Positions 50,669 to 60,482 of a stretch of 64,000 bases of DNA are shown in pieces. Location of the stretch: positions 1 to 64,000 of the forward strand of contig JAFGGO010000027.1 of NCBI GenBank assembly GCA_016930515.1, written 5' to 3'. Source of the DNA: Promethearchaeota archaeon. Its GTDB lineage: Archaea > Asgardarchaeota > Lokiarchaeia > Sigyniarchaeales > SOKP01. Position 1 is the stretch's first letter; each line of letters opens with the position of its first letter. Made by a program: the position numbers and the translations under genes. The notes under the pieces were generated by a model. The model made no database searches. It had not been told where the DNA came from and saw only the letters and a program-made list of their open reading frames with translations.

Positions 50669-51916
50669 ATGGTAAAGCAGAAACTCGATATCGGTTTATT
50701 CAGTTGCATGTATAGTCAAACAAATGGAACGGCTCATTCTGTACGGTTCCTCTCGGAGGCACTAGCCTCAACGGGACACAACATTCATGTGTTTGCTCCA
50801 AGGATAGAAGATGGTCATAAAAAACCTGTTAACCTTCATTTTCACGATTTAGGTGGAGCGCGCATATCGAAAAAAACAGGTTTCGTGCTAAGCCTTCCCT
50901 TTCATAAATACTTTTTTTGCCAGGAAGATTACCTCGATATTGCTCATATACACACGCACGCAACGATAGGGAGTATGGCGGTAAATTGGGCCAAATTCTT
51001 AGGCATTCCAATGATCGGCTCTCACGGAAGTCCGCTTCAATTCTACGCGGCTCAATATGTTCCAATAGTCGGGAAATTATTAACTAAATTTGATTTGACA
51101 TGGCGATACGAACGACATATCTTTGACAAATACGACCTAATTCATGTTCCAGGAAAATCAAAAAAAGAACAACTAAGAGATATGAGGTTCAAGGAACCCA
51201 TTGTTTGCTTGACGAATGGAATATCTGATTATTATTATAAGAACATTAATAAAAACGGTATTAGAGATAAATATAACATAGAAGGAAAAAAAGTGCTTTT
51301 ATACGCTTCTCGCTTTTCTCCCGAAAAACACATGCTTAGCGTGATTAAAAAATTCCGTGAGATACGCAAGGAGGTGCCTGATGCTCATCTCTTGTGCGTG
51401 GGAAGTGATGGACCTTCCAAGGATCCATGTGCCAGATATGTAAAGAGGCATTACATGTCAGATTATGTGTCAGTTGTTGGTCATGTTCCATTTGAGGATT
51501 TACTCCGATTGTACAATACTGCGGATATCTCATGCCTATGGTCGTGGATAGAAGCAGAAGGATTGGTCCTTCTCGAAGCGATGGCCCAAGGAACACCTTC
51601 AGTAGGCGCAAACGGTTGTGGTATTCGTGATGTCATTAAACACGGAAAAACAGGTTATCTTGCCAATAATTTAGATGAATTCAAGGAAAGAGTCGTAAAA
51701 CTAATGAAAGATGACGATTTAAGAGCGGAATTCAGTAAAAATTGTAAGGAAATATCTCAAAATTTCAAGCATAGCAAGATAGCACAAACTTGGATTAAAA
51801 TGTACAAGTTCACGATCAATGAACTTTATCCCTTGAAATATTACGGTAAGGAACGCAAGGAAAGAGTTGAATTATTAAAAGAATTCATCAAAAAAGAGCC
51901 TTCTTTAACATTTTAA
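50669..51916 (+). CDS. GT4 family glycosyltransferase
   Basis: NGTAHS, HIHTH, NGI, SRFSPEK, EAEGLVLLEAMAQGTP. Confidence 0.9.
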   Translation: MVKQKLDIGLFSCMYSQTNGTAHSVRFLSEALASTGHNIHVFAPRIEDGHKKPVNLHFHDLGGARISKKTGFVLSLPFHKYFFCQEDYLDIAHIHTHATIGSMAVNWAKFLGIPMIGSHGSPLQFYAAQYVPIVGKLLTKFDLTWRYERHIFDKYDLIHVPGKSKKEQLRDMRFKEPIVCLTNGISDYYYKNINKNGIRDKYNIEGKKVLLYASRFSPEKHMLSVIKKFREIRKEVPDAHLLCVGSDGPSKDPCARYVKRHYMSDYVSVVGHVPFEDLLRLYNTADISCLWSWIEAEGLVLLEAMAQGTPSVGANGCGIRDVIKHGKTGYLANNLDEFKERVVKLMKDDDLRAEFSKNCKEISQNFKHSKIAQTWIKMYKFTINELYPLKYYGKERKERVELLKEFIKKEPSLTF

Positions 51917-51923
51917 AGTACTT

Positions 51924-52679
51924 TTAGAAATTATAAATATTCCTTAATTTTTCGAGCTTTTTTTGACATTTTATGCACAAGCCCGTGTATTTAAAGTCTA
52001 TCTCCTCAACCGTTTGACAAAACTTCATCACGCATAATCTATTTTCGCAGTGGTCGAGACCCAAGACGAGATGCCCTATCTCGTGTAAGACTTCTTTTTG
52101 TATTCTCAAATTGTATAACCCTCGGTTTCTTTTTCTCTTATAAAATTGCTCTTTTAATGTTAAAGAAGATATAACGCAAGTTTTGTGATCCAAGTTGGCT
52201 TCACCAAACAAGAAATTAATATCTTTAGAGCTACTCGAATAGATGGGGAGGTTCGTTAAAGCCATTATCATGTCGAGGTTATTTTCGATTCTCTTATCGA
52301 TTAGGACTTGATAGAACTTATTTGTGGGGTGGAGTCGTACCTTTTCTAGAATTTGAACACTGGCACCTTCATACTTCTCTTTCTTGATCCCTTTTGACAT
52401 CATTTTTTTTGAGAAGCGATATCGCCCAAGATCGATGATATTAAAAAAAAAAGATTCGAAAACCAATTCGATTCTACTAGCAATTTTATTAAAATATTTT
52501 CTTAAGAATGCACCACAGAACAAGATGCCCAGGTTACAGGGAAAAACAACTTCGTTCATTTGAGGGTCTACTAATTGGAATTGAAAAGGTGTCAGAATGC
52601 CCCAGCGTTGGACTAATTTAATTATTTTTTCTTTTGACCTGGCAATTCTTCGTTCAAATCGTTTTATTCTAGAACTCAT
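51924..52679 (-). CDS. Archaemetzincin (peptidase M54-like)
   Basis: FLFGEA, KEVLHEIGHLVLGLDHC..CVM..ID.K..LC..C. Confidence 0.85.
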   Translation of the reverse strand: MSSRIKRFERRIARSKEKIIKLVQRWGILTPFQFQLVDPQMNEVVFPCNLGILFCGAFLRKYFNKIASRIELVFESFFFNIIDLGRYRFSKKMMSKGIKKEKYEGASVQILEKVRLHPTNKFYQVLIDKRIENNLDMIMALTNLPIYSSSSKDINFLFGEANLDHKTCVISSLTLKEQFYKRKRNRGLYNLRIQKEVLHEIGHLVLGLDHCENRLCVMKFCQTVEEIDFKYTGLCIKCQKKLEKLRNIYNF

Positions 52680-52862
52680 TTGAATAAACCCTTATGTCTT
52701 TAATAGATAAAACCTCTAGCCTTTTAAAATCTATGTCTTTTGTGAAAGTTGTTAAATATAAATAAGTAATATTAGCATTATGGCTTTTTAGAATTTAAAA
52801 GGTTATAAAGAATCCATCACATTCTATAGTAAAATAGATTTAATTTTACCTCATGAATTTAA

Positions 52863-53906
52863 ATGTCAAACGCTGACCATAATTCTAATGAACAAGAAGA
52901 TAAATCCCTTGAGAATGACGCAGGTGTACCAACTGAAGCTTCGATCGAACAGATCGATAAAAATACCATCCCTCACTTCTTTCCAACCTTTAGGATAACA
53001 AGGAAATATTACTCACTTCCAATAATATTGGTTGTTATATTTGCTGGATTTTTATCTTATATAACATACATCGAAGCGGGTATCCAAATTGATCAAGGAT
53101 ACATACCTGGTGGACGCTCCGATCCTTTCATTGGTTTGCTAAATGGACTCATATTCATAGCAACCGCCGTAATCTCCGCCTTTATAATGATCTATTTTGC
53201 AAAGAAGAAAGGCATTGGAGTCTTGAAATATGTGTTCGCCTTCAGTTTTTGCTTATTGGGATTTACCTTGACATATTTTTTTAGTTCGGTTATTGCTTAT
53301 CTTCTTATCCTAGATCTCCCTCAGTTATACCCTATTTATAATGTTGTTGATATTGAATTGCTTGTTCTTTCAGGGATCTTTGCTTTATACATTGTATATC
53401 AATACCTTAAATCAGAATCCGTGTTTACAAAGAACTTCGTGGTTCTTTACATTGGATTGTTGACTGGAGCGATTTTAGCAATAATAATGCCCTTGTGGAC
53501 GAATCTTGCTATATTAATCGGAATATCGCTTTGGGACATTTTTGCCGTGCTTTATAAAAAGGGCCCTATCAAGGAAATGATAGATCTCGTCTCCCAAAGA
53601 GAAATCAACGAAGAAGTTGATTTAATCGAGCGGGAAAGAATTAAAGCTGGAGAAGCAGAATACAAGGCAGAAAAGCTAGAGATAGGAATCGGCGATCTGG
53701 CATTTTATAGCATGCTTACTTCAAGCGCGCTCTTATTTACTGGTGAACTAATTGTAATGATCTTGACAGCAATAGCTGTATTGATAGGTACTGGAATTAC
53801 GATTTCAGGATTAAAAAAAAATAGAATCCTTCCAGGGCTCCCGATATCAATCTTTTTAGGGCTTGCCACCATGTTAATATCTTGGGGCGTTTTAATTTTA
53901 GTTTAA
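52863..53906 (+). CDS. Presenilin-family intramembrane aspartyl protease
   Basis: SLWDIFAVL..GPI, IGIGDLAFYS (GxGD), LPGLPISI; about 9 TMs. Confidence 0.88.
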   Translation: MSNADHNSNEQEDKSLENDAGVPTEASIEQIDKNTIPHFFPTFRITRKYYSLPIILVVIFAGFLSYITYIEAGIQIDQGYIPGGRSDPFIGLLNGLIFIATAVISAFIMIYFAKKKGIGVLKYVFAFSFCLLGFTLTYFFSSVIAYLLILDLPQLYPIYNVVDIELLVLSGIFALYIVYQYLKSESVFTKNFVVLYIGLLTGAILAIIMPLWTNLAILIGISLWDIFAVLYKKGPIKEMIDLVSQREINEEVDLIERERIKAGEAEYKAEKLEIGIGDLAFYSMLTSSALLFTGELIVMILTAIAVLIGTGITISGLKKNRILPGLPISIFLGLATMLISWGVLILV

Positions 53907-54009
53907 ACAATTTCAGATGATTAATATTAATTTTTGGTAAAAAAACCCCTCTTTAAACTTTTTATCTTTCTTAACAAAATTTTTAAAATATGTAAGGTAA
54001 AAAGTATTT

Positions 54010-55197
54010 ATGGTTAACATTGATAATGTAAAAACAATTACGGTACTTGGAGCGGGCGTCATGGGCCGCGAAATAGCTCAAGTCGCGCTCATGGGTGGTT
54101 TTGAAAAAGTGTTCCTTTATAGCAGGTCTGAGGAAACGATTAATAAAGCTCGAAAATTCATCGCAAGTGGTTTGGAAAAGCTTCACTCAAAAAATAGTTT
54201 AAAAGAAGGATTTACGCCAGAATTATTGATGGAAAGACTTCATACGGTAAGGGACGTGAGTGAGGCAGTTAAATCAACAGACTTCGTCATAGAATCCGTA
54301 CCTGAAATAATGTCTTTAAAACAAAATATCTTCAAACAACTCGGAGAATTGAGTCCAGAACATACGATATTGACGACGAACACCTCTACAATGAGCATCA
54401 CGCAGATTGCAGAACATTCTGGTAGACCCGATAAAGTCGTGGGAATGCATTTTTTCACACCTATTCCCTTGCTACGATTGATTGAAATAATAAAAGGAGA
54501 GAAAACTTCAGACGAGGCAGTTGATATCACATTAGAGGTTGGTAAAAGGCTTCCTGCAATGAAAGGAAAACGATTCCTTCCCGTGATTCAAAAAGATAGA
54601 CCCGGATTCATCGTTAATCGACTCACGATTGCAACTAACTTGTATTTAAGCTGGTTGTTGGACTACGCAATGGACAAAAATGTACCAATAGAACAATTAG
54701 ATGCCGATCTTGGTGGTATCACTTATTTAGGACCATACGCAAAATGGGATTATTTTGGTATTGACACGGTTTATAATGTGATGAAATACTTTTCTGAGGT
54801 TCTCTCTCCTGAGTTTGCTCCGGGAAAAACGCTTAATAAATTACTCAAGGAAGGTAAATTGGGAAAAAAGACGGGAAAAGGACTTTTCGAGTGGGTAGAC
54901 GGTAAGCTTGAGCTAGATAAATCTAAAAAGGCAGGGCTTTTCAATTACGATCTTTACATGGCTTTACAACTAAACGAGGGATGTCGTCTATTAGAAGAAG
55001 GAGTGGTTAGGAACTATTCTGACATAGATGAAACAATGGTTGCAGGAATGGACATGCCGGGGCCTTTCGAATTAGGTAAGGACAAGTATAAGGAATGGGT
55101 CAAATTACTGGAAGACTTCGTGGAACGATCGGGTAAACAATATGCAAAACCGTGCGAAACTCTGAAATCAGGGAAATTCCTCGAAATGGAAAAGTAA
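54010..55197 (+). CDS. 3-hydroxyacyl-CoA dehydrogenase
   Basis: GAGVMG, VIESVPE..LK, TNTST, GMHFF, PGFIVNR; two C-terminal domains. Confidence 0.92.
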   Translation: MVNIDNVKTITVLGAGVMGREIAQVALMGGFEKVFLYSRSEETINKARKFIASGLEKLHSKNSLKEGFTPELLMERLHTVRDVSEAVKSTDFVIESVPEIMSLKQNIFKQLGELSPEHTILTTNTSTMSITQIAEHSGRPDKVVGMHFFTPIPLLRLIEIIKGEKTSDEAVDITLEVGKRLPAMKGKRFLPVIQKDRPGFIVNRLTIATNLYLSWLLDYAMDKNVPIEQLDADLGGITYLGPYAKWDYFGIDTVYNVMKYFSEVLSPEFAPGKTLNKLLKEGKLGKKTGKGLFEWVDGKLELDKSKKAGLFNYDLYMALQLNEGCRLLEEGVVRNYSDIDETMVAGMDMPGPFELGKDKYKEWVKLLEDFVERSGKQYAKPCETLKSGKFLEMEK

Positions 55198-55299
55198 ATT
55201 TCTCCTCTTATTTTCATTTTTCTTTATTTAAAAAAATTATAAATACAAGCTCTTAGATAATAATACTAATTACTTTTTAAAAAACACGGTAAGATTAAA

Positions 55300-56115
55300 A
55301 TGAGTAAAATTACGGATTTAATCAAAAAACATTTGAGCTTTATAATAGTATTATGTGTCATCATCGTTATAGACACATTAATTGCCATTGCTTATATTAC
55401 GGATCCTGGATTTTATTTACCTGGAATTCCTGAATTAAATCCAGAAATGAGTTCCATAAATTTCGCAGTTTTTGGGCTTTCTGTTCAAACCATCATATTC
55501 CTTTATGTTATTGGGTTTTATTTGATGGGAAGGTGGATAAAAACAGGAAAGAAGAACGCATCGACTCTATTGTGGTCGTTAGCGTTCCTCTTATATGGGA
55601 TTGTTTTTGTTGGGATCTTATTAAGCAGTTTTGGTGTTGAATGGGCTAATATGAGAGATCCTCAGATCTTTTTTATTTGGAGGAATTTCCAAATCTTATG
55701 GGTGGCATTGATGTATGTTGGTATTGCAAAAATTCTTACGGAATCTAAGGCATTACAATATCTCCCTGCTGTTATCTTTCTCGCTTTAGGATATCTTATT
55801 TTCTCGATAGGATTATTAATTATAGGAGAAATAAATCAAACCTTTGCTTTATTTCTCTACTCTTTCTGGTGTCCTTTATGCTCCATTATCGCATATAGTT
55901 TCTTCTTGTACGGAAGAAAAATGAAGATTACCAGCGCAAAAATCATATCAATTGGATTTACATTATTAGGAATTACTTATATGGCATGGGCGCCGTGGTA
56001 TAAGCCTGAAGTGATAGAATTATATTTCTTTTGGTTCTTTCTATTCAACGTGTCATTATCCTTTATTCTTCTTGGATATGTGGTCATGCCATACGAAATA
56101 AAAGCAAAAAGTTAA
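55300..56115 (+). CDS. Multi-pass (7-8 TM) membrane protein
   Basis: Hydrophobic pattern; no catalytic motif. Confidence 0.75.
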   Translation: MSKITDLIKKHLSFIIVLCVIIVIDTLIAIAYITDPGFYLPGIPELNPEMSSINFAVFGLSVQTIIFLYVIGFYLMGRWIKTGKKNASTLLWSLAFLLYGIVFVGILLSSFGVEWANMRDPQIFFIWRNFQILWVALMYVGIAKILTESKALQYLPAVIFLALGYLIFSIGLLIIGEINQTFALFLYSFWCPLCSIIAYSFFLYGRKMKITSAKIISIGFTLLGITYMAWAPWYKPEVIELYFFWFFLFNVSLSFILLGYVVMPYEIKAKS

Positions 56116-56137
56116 TGAAATCTGAGGGTGGGAATTC

Positions 56138-56554
56138 GTGATAAACGCAGTCTTCATTATTAGAAAAGGAATATGCATTTTTTCTCGACAATATGGAGAA
56201 AAAAATATTGAAAGCGACCGATTTTCGGCTCTGATTGAAGGTCTCAATAGGTTTGCTGAAAATATATCGGGAGGTGTCTTGCAACAAGTAATTCTTGGCA
56301 AGGACACTTATTATCTTTCCGTCATAAACGATATTCTATTCGTCTATCAACACGACGAATTGAAAAGCTCGAAACTCGAAAAAATTTCAAAAACATTTAG
56401 TGATAAATTTTTTGAACTCTTTCATGTGGACTTGATTAAAACAGAAAACAACCCTTCCGTGTATGTGAAATTTGAAACGGAAGCAGATGACATTCTAAAA
56501 ATGAAGGGAAAGCCATTCCATAAAAAGATGCACGATTTCGCTTCAAAGTTTTAA
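56138..56554 (+). CDS. Longin-like domain protein
   Basis: INAVFIIRKGICIFSRQY...FSALIEGLNRFAE...F.ELF pattern. Confidence 0.65.
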   Translation: MINAVFIIRKGICIFSRQYGEKNIESDRFSALIEGLNRFAENISGGVLQQVILGKDTYYLSVINDILFVYQHDELKSSKLEKISKTFSDKFFELFHVDLIKTENNPSVYVKFETEADDILKMKGKPFHKKMHDFASKF

Positions 56555-56689
56555 ATCTTTCCTTATTTTTTCTCTTTCTTTTCTTAACTTGTTATACTAG
56601 TTTATAGGATTATTTACCTAATTATATAGATTTATATAATTTCATGACAAACTATAAAATCATACTCTTAATTAATTATATTGTTCACC

Positions 56690-57334
56690 ATGATTAATCA
56701 CCCCAATCCTCAGAAATTTCACGGACTTCTAACGGCGCTTACGGATTGTTTAAAAAAACTCGTTAGCAACAATGCGGATGTGATTGGCGCCGCAATCGTC
56801 TCGCTTGAAGGAATGCCCATTGCCTCTACTTTTTCTAAAGACATAGACGATGCCTTGTTGGGCGCCATGATGGCCGCCGTGCAATCCTTTGCGGAACGCT
56901 CGGTCCGACAACTTTCGCGTGGTGCACTCAAGAGCGTTTTGATAGAAGCAAACGAAGGAAATATCTTGATATCAAAGGCTGAAAACGGTACGATTCTTTG
57001 CGTGCTTACCAAACCTGAACCTAGCTTGGGCATGATCTTGCTAAATGTTCAATCAACATGCAACGAAGTATCAAAAATGTATGCAAGGGAGTTGTCAACG
57101 GAAGAGATTGAGCGTGCCTATAGGAAGATACTATTAATCATGAAAGAAAATAACACCTCGCGATTGTCGCTAGAACGGACCCGTCTTCCAGAATTCTTCG
57201 AATCTAACCTTTTAACGAATAATCAAGATGGGTTACCCTCTTTCAAGCTCGAAGTCGATTTGTACTTGAAAGAAAACCAAGTGAATGTGTTCTATGACAA
57301 GCAAAAAGTTTCAATTCAAAAATTTGACAATTAA
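56690..57334 (+). CDS. Roadblock/LC7 (MglB-like) domain protein with C-terminal extension
   Basis: VIGAAIVSLEGMPIAS, LGAMMAA..AER..QL.RGAL..VLIEANEG, LGMILL. Confidence 0.88.
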   Translation: MINHPNPQKFHGLLTALTDCLKKLVSNNADVIGAAIVSLEGMPIASTFSKDIDDALLGAMMAAVQSFAERSVRQLSRGALKSVLIEANEGNILISKAENGTILCVLTKPEPSLGMILLNVQSTCNEVSKMYARELSTEEIERAYRKILLIMKENNTSRLSLERTRLPEFFESNLLTNNQDGLPSFKLEVDLYLKENQVNVFYDKQKVSIQKFDN

Positions 57335-57377
57335 TTTTCGCTCTTTAAGATCCCCGTGATAATGATTTTCAAATGAA

Positions 57378-57665
57378 GTGATAAAAACGACAGATACTAA
57401 AAATGGAGATGAGGCCCCTAAGACGGGTGTTGAGAAAATAATTGATTTCTTTAACTCCCTTGAAACAAATAAACCCCTCGCTATCGCGGAAATCGTGGAA
57501 AAAACGGGATTGTCCTGGACTTTCGTGAGAAAAACTCTTGAACAACTGAAAGAAGACTTTATTGGTCTGAATTTTGAAAAATCGGGGAATACGTGGATTG
57601 CTTGGAAGGATAGGGACAGGATTGCCAAGAAAATGGACGACACGTGCGGACATCTCTTAAAATGA
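57378..57665 (+). CDS. Small winged-HTH protein
   Basis: AIAEIVEKTGLSWTFVRKTL followed by a beta-hairpin. Confidence 0.7.
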   Translation: MIKTTDTKNGDEAPKTGVEKIIDFFNSLETNKPLAIAEIVEKTGLSWTFVRKTLEQLKEDFIGLNFEKSGNTWIAWKDRDRIAKKMDDTCGHLLK

Positions 57666-57772
57666 TTTTTAAGCCTCTATTCTTGAAAGATTCCGATCGT
57701 TTAATTATCAAGAATTTTAAAGTAAAAAAGGATGTTTATTGAATATAGAATTAACCGAAAAAAGTGAAAAAA

Positions 57773-58282
57773 ATGAATGAAATGGAAGAAAAAGTTTTAG
57801 AAAAAGCGTTTGAACTTGGACAAAAATACGAAAAAAAAAATACTGGCTGCGCACAAAGCGTTATTGCCGCACTCTTTGACGCTTTAGATATATGGAACGA
57901 AGATATTTTTAAATCTGCTAGCGGTCTGGCCGACGGATTGGGATTAACGGGAGATGGGTCTTGTGGAGCTCTCGTTGGGGCTTCCATGGTAATTGGATTC
58001 TTGTTTGGACGAGAACGGAAGGATTTTGGAGACATTCAAAAACCAATAAAATCCTACATGCTCGTTAAACAACTTCACGACCAATACATTCAAGAATACG
58101 GGTCCTGTCGCTGCCACGATGTCCAAAAGACTTTTACAGGAAAAACATGGAACATGTGGAACCCCGAAGATTTAAAAAATGCAATGGAACCTGGAGGCTT
58201 GTTAGATCATTGCCCTCAACTTGTTGGGAATGTAGCCCGATTAGCGTGTAAAATCATATTAGATAATGGATTCACTTTTTAG
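57773..58282 (+). CDS. C-GCAxxG-C-C family redox protein
   Basis: GCAQSV, GLADGLG..SCGALVG, CRCHDV, HCP. Confidence 0.87.
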   Translation: MNEMEEKVLEKAFELGQKYEKKNTGCAQSVIAALFDALDIWNEDIFKSASGLADGLGLTGDGSCGALVGASMVIGFLFGRERKDFGDIQKPIKSYMLVKQLHDQYIQEYGSCRCHDVQKTFTGKTWNMWNPEDLKNAMEPGGLLDHCPQLVGNVARLACKIILDNGFTF

Positions 58283-58533
58283 TAATTTTTCAAAACTTTG
58301 TTTTACTTTTCTTTTGCTTGTTTTTTATTGGATTATTAATTTTTTTACTTTGAACTTCGCTAACGCTGTACTCTTTTAGTTTACAATGAAATTTTTCTTA
58401 TTTCAAGATTTTATTGCAAAAAGTATTACCTCTCTTTCTAAATAAAAATGGAAGATTTTAGAAACCTATAATAACTGTCAAGTTGAATTATTAGATATAG
58501 GATTATTTACATGATTAGGGATGTGAATATAAA

Positions 58534-60414
58534 ATTAGAAGTAAAAAATTAAAAAAAATCACTTTTGTTTTATTCCTCTTTCCATTTCTATTTCTTGGTT
58601 TTTGGTGTTTAAACGCTCCAACCAACGGAGCAAGTGGTTTTAAAATAGAAGATATAGAGAACCCAAGAACCTCGCTCAGTATCTCCTGGACACCTAACGG
58701 CACGGTCGTTTGCAACGCACAAAATATTCAATCAAGTGTTGAAATGATTGAAGACGGTAATGGTGGCGCTTTTATTTTATGGGAGGACACGAGAAACGGG
58801 ATAACTAATATAGATCTTTATATCCAACGAATAGACCAAAATGGTGAAGCACTATGGGAAAACAACGGTACGATTGTCAGCAACGAAATGCAATATCAAC
58901 AACGCGCTTCTCTTATCTCGGACGGTGATGACGGAATAATCGTGGTATGGCAAGACAATAGGGATGGTTCTGATGAAGACGATATTTACGCACAGAAATT
59001 TAACGCATCAGGAAATCCTCAATGGGAGCTTAACGGTACGATCGTTTGCAACTCACCAGATGTTCAAGGAAGCCTTGAAATGATAAGCGATGGTGTAGGG
59101 GGCGTAATCGTGGTTTGGCAAGACGAAAGAGATGATTCTGGAGATATCTATACCCAAAGGATAAATGATAATGGCGTTCCCCAGTGGAATGATAATGGCA
59201 CGGTAATTTGTAATTATACTGGCACGCAAAGTAATCCCAAAATAATAAGTGATGGCGCTCAAGGCGCGATAATTGTATGGGTGGATGGGAGAGTCGGTAC
59301 GGATATCTACGCCCAAAAAGTAGATGCTAACGGGATTTCTCAATGGACTCTTAACGGTATTGTAGTTTGTAACCAAACAGCAAGTGAATTATATCCTGAA
59401 ATAGTGAGTGATGACAATGGTGGAGCCTTTGTAGCGTGGGTTCAACCAAAGCCAGGAAGTCGTAATAGAGATCTATACATTCAAAGAATCGATACCAATA
59501 GCGTTAGACAATGGGGTTCTGAAGGCAAAATCGTGAGTAATACTGATGGTGATCATTTTTTTCATCAAATAACTGCCGATGCAATCGAGGGCGTTATCGT
59601 CTCGTGGTGCGACAGTACAAACGGTGATTACGATGTCTACGCTCAGAAGTTTGACAACGATGGATCTTCACAATGGACACCTAATGGAACCGTAATTTGT
59701 AACGAAACGGGTGAACAACAATTCGTTAATATTGTTGATGACGGTATTGGAGGTGCTATTATTTCTTGGATTGATTCTCGGTCGGGAAATAATGATCTTT
59801 ACATCCAGCGCGTAAATTCTGAGGGAATTTCACAATTGGCTGCAAATGGTACGGCTGTATGTAACGAATCGCACAATCAACAGGATCTTCGGATGATAAA
59901 GGCCGATATTGACTCAATTATCATTGCGTGGCAAGACTGGAGGATAGATCGCGATATTTACGCTCAAAGAATAGAATTTTCTCAAGAACCAGAAGAACCA
60001 GAATATAATTTCGCTCCAAATGCAAACCATCCCGAAGATATTCTAACCTCTACTTCAGGAACGGAAACCATCAATTGGATATTAACTGACGACACGGGAA
60101 CTGGACAATATAGGGTACTCGTTAACGACACTTCAAATAGTTATCGTGCGTGGGTGGATTGGACTTCGTGGACGAACAATACAAATCTTCTCGTACCCAT
60201 CAATCGCACGGAATTAGGTCTTTTCAATTATTCCATTGAATATTTCGACGATCAAGGCATGTTCGGCGTGGTTGATACGGTATTGGTATATGTGTACTCT
60301 AATACCCAGTCTAATAATATATTTGGGTTTGATGTGTTGATCACCATTGGAATTACGATGATTTCACTGTTATCCGTTGCTTTGTTTCTTAAAAAAAGGC
60401 AAAATATAAGTTAA
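58534..60414 (+). CDS. Secreted, C-terminally anchored protein with 8 beta-propeller-like repeats
   Basis: Eight repeats of about 55 aa (W..NGT.VCN...ISDG.GG.I.VW.D.R...DIY.Q); signal peptide found upstream of the listed ATG 58744; C-terminal IFGFD-TM-KKR. Confidence 0.8.
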   Translation: MRSKKLKKITFVLFLFPFLFLGFWCLNAPTNGASGFKIEDIENPRTSLSISWTPNGTVVCNAQNIQSSVEMIEDGNGGAFILWEDTRNGITNIDLYIQRIDQNGEALWENNGTIVSNEMQYQQRASLISDGDDGIIVVWQDNRDGSDEDDIYAQKFNASGNPQWELNGTIVCNSPDVQGSLEMISDGVGGVIVVWQDERDDSGDIYTQRINDNGVPQWNDNGTVICNYTGTQSNPKIISDGAQGAIIVWVDGRVGTDIYAQKVDANGISQWTLNGIVVCNQTASELYPEIVSDDNGGAFVAWVQPKPGSRNRDLYIQRIDTNSVRQWGSEGKIVSNTDGDHFFHQITADAIEGVIVSWCDSTNGDYDVYAQKFDNDGSSQWTPNGTVICNETGEQQFVNIVDDGIGGAIISWIDSRSGNNDLYIQRVNSEGISQLAANGTAVCNESHNQQDLRMIKADIDSIIIAWQDWRIDRDIYAQRIEFSQEPEEPEYNFAPNANHPEDILTSTSGTETINWILTDDTGTGQYRVLVNDTSNSYRAWVDWTSWTNNTNLLVPINRTELGLFNYSIEYFDDQGMFGVVDTVLVYVYSNTQSNNIFGFDVLITIGITMISLLSVALFLKKRQNIS

Positions 60415-60482
60415 TAAAATTAATTTCTTTCTTTTTTCTTTTTTCATGTCCAATTTATTTATTTCGGTACTTCACTACTAAA

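Noticed and set aside
58680-59980. CRISPR-like or DNA tandem repeat
   Set aside because: The repetition is at protein level with diverged codons; no identical DNA repeats with spacers
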